From the NCBI RefSeq assembly GCF_002571385.2, contig NW_019218275.1, positions 26,586-90,585 on the forward strand: a DNA stretch of 64,000 nucleotides, read 5' to 3'. Below, piece after piece: positions 63,401-64,000 of the stretch. The stretch comes from Stylophora pistillata (Eukaryota). Positions within the stretch are counted from its first letter, which is position 1. The number at the start of each line of letters is the position of its first letter. The position numbers were made by a program, and so were the translations under genes. Below the pieces are notes generated by a model. It searched no databases, was not told where the DNA came from, and saw nothing but the letters and a program-made list of their open reading frames with translations.

Positions 63401-63605
63401 GTTATATCCACACGACACCTGCTTATAACTTGTTGTTGCTAATCCTTGACAGGTTGGTGGAGTGAACGCCAGTCAAACAGCTGTGTATGAAGAGTTTGCA
63501 CGAAGTATCCCTGGATTCCAACCTCCTACTGCAGGCGAAGCTATCTCCACTCCACCTCTGCCAAAACCTGTCCAGTACGAACACGGAATACTCGGCAATG
63601 CTGAG
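39414..63605 (+). CDS. CNOT1: CCR4-NOT transcription complex subunit 1, 5' part (continues beyond window)
   Basis: 39 in-frame exons: 39414-39521, 40788-40895, 42959-43126, 44348-44402, 44537-44593, 45019-45165, 45693-45768, 46195-46231, 46819-46874, 47660-47736, 47960-48009, 48294-48410, 48650-48817, 48900-49027, 49505-49637, 50834-50941, 51114-51230, 51494-51616, 52288-52436, 52557-52710, 52798-53260, 53447-53634, 53727-53851, 53941-54051, 54535-54670, 55261-55486, 56035-56201, 56924-57103, 57429-57545, 58005-58055, 58408-58545, 59030-59086, 60493-60580, 61257-61408, 61941-62081, 62181-62336, 62678-62818, 63126-63230, 63453-63605. Diagnostic peptides [80 protein letters not shown]. Confidence 0.97.
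41370..42384. mobile_element. pogo/Tigger-like MITE in CNOT1 intron 2, interrupted by a SINE
   Basis: TIRs TACTATATTATCTTGGTCATAAGATGCAC / GTGTGCCTGATAACCAAGAAAATACGGTA; internal repeats of TATAAGAYGCAC. Confidence 0.7.
41645..42019 (+). mobile_element. tRNA-derived SINE with (TATTG)n tail
   Basis: A box TAGCTCAATGG (41661), B box GAGTTCGAGCC (41704), body CCGGACCAACACTCGGGGTCTTAAAATAA, tail AATAAAGAACATTG(TATTG)n; possible ATGCC target-site duplication. Confidence 0.82.
44714..44785. repeat. Imperfect (TAGA)n microsatellite
   Basis: gatagatgaatagataggtagattgatagatagatac... in CNOT1 intron 5. Confidence 0.7.
45215..45461. mobile_element. MITE with 16-bp TIRs
   Basis: AGGTTTTGCCCCATTG ... 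CAATGGGGCAAAACCT perfect inverted repeat; internal TTTGCCCC/GGGGCAAA subterminal repeats. Confidence 0.72.
50042..50533. mobile_element. Tc1/mariner-type MITE with nested palindromic element (50274-50362)
   Basis: TIRs TACGGTAATTTCTGGCCATTTACCC / GGGTAAATGGCTGGAAATTACAGTA (22/25 match), TA ends; nested hairpin TACTGGAAGAATATCAGCC/GGCCGATATTCTCCCAGTA. Confidence 0.75.
52008..52155. repeat. Degenerate palindromic element related to 60688-60881
   Basis: Arms ATTTGGTTTATCAAGT..CCATAAAGAGTTT..AAGCTGA / TCAGCTT..AAACTCTTTATGG..ACTTGATAAAACCAAAT; centre GGGGCTAACTCTC resembles AGGGCTAACGCTC. Confidence 0.6.
55764..55975. mobile_element. TTAA-bounded MITE (copy 2)
   Basis: TGAACCCTTT...AAAGGGTTAA; reverse-complement homolog of 57131-57332. 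Confidence 0.75.
56481..56554. repeat. 74-bp near-perfect palindrome inserted in an older interspersed repeat (~56420-56740)
   Basis: CATCCTCGGAGACCCGGGGACTGTGAGTCGATTTCA-AG-TGAAATCGACTTACAGCCCCTGGGTCTCCGAGGATG. Confidence 0.85.
57131..57332. mobile_element. TTAA-bounded MITE (copy 3)
   Basis: TTAACCCTT...AAGGGGTTAA; ACATCAGTATGCATATTCTCCATACT body; an end fragment also lies at about 45940-45971. Confidence 0.78.
59181..59485. repeat. 13-bp tandem repeat (TTACTCTACCCCA)n, ~23 copies visible, running into an assembly gap
   Basis: Direct reading; two early units carry the TCGACC variant. Confidence 0.97.
59486..59980. other. Assembly gap (495 N)
   Basis: Run of n within CNOT1 intron 32. Confidence 0.99.
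60688..60881. repeat. 90-bp-arm inverted repeat carrying hammerhead-like cores
   Basis: Arms 60688-60777 and 60792-60881 are reverse complements with 3 mismatches; 14-nt spacer; each arm contains GACGA-AGGGCTAACGCTC-GAAAYGTCAG read outward. Confidence 0.88.
61598..61660 (-). mobile_element. 3' tail fragment of an L2-like LINE/SINE
   Basis: Minus strand reads GCTAAGTACATTGACACTTGAATAAAGTTTTCATTCATTCATTC: AATAAA plus a (CATT)n tail. Confidence 0.5.
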
Positions 63606-64000
63606 GTGAGTTAGAAACTTTTGATTGCACTGAGACATTTTAATTGAATTTAATAAAGATGATTTCAAAGTCATGTGGAGCAATTCTACAATCTTAATGT
63701 TGATGGTACTCACGCATTGGCAATTGGGTAATTTTATGGAGTTGTTAAGAAAACCCCAATATTGCCAGGGGCTAATTTTCTAGAATTGAAATGACGAGCT
63801 TAAACAACACAAAGTCACCGCTGTCGAGACTGAAAATTTTTCTGTGAAACTATCGATTACTCCCAAACTGCGTTACGGTAGGTTCTTTGCACTCTCGAGA
63901 GGATTCTGAAGCGGCTTTGTAGCAGTTGTTTTACTGGCTTCTCGAGCGCTTTGGTAGCTATTGATCAAAACCTCCCTCCCTTTATTCTCGTTGTCCACCA

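Overview
Eukaryotic, intron-rich, AT-rich animal DNA. The repeat families look like those of scleractinian corals (inference from recalled repeat sequences, not from a search). Most entries in the ORF track are spurious or exon fragments. Gene content, left to right: (1) the 3' end of a Penelope-like retroelement (GIY-YIG endonuclease) followed by an intact-looking minimal hammerhead ribozyme; (2) a decayed CR1/L2-type LINE; (3) a DCDC2-like doublecortin gene with an intronless CDS; (4) an unrecognised multi-exon gene (about 14.0-19.5 kb) whose first two coding exons end in paralogous 63-aa helical modules; (5) a 5-exon furin/kexin-like proprotein convertase; (6) an intronless ARPC4, head-to-head with (7) CNOT1, for which 39 coding exons were traced in frame before it runs off the window end. 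Introns and intergenic DNA carry tRNA-derived SINEs, several MITE families (some nested), long palindromes with hammerhead-like cores, and a 13-bp G-rich satellite beside a 495-N gap. All exon coordinates were derived by eye from GT/AG sites and reading-frame continuity.
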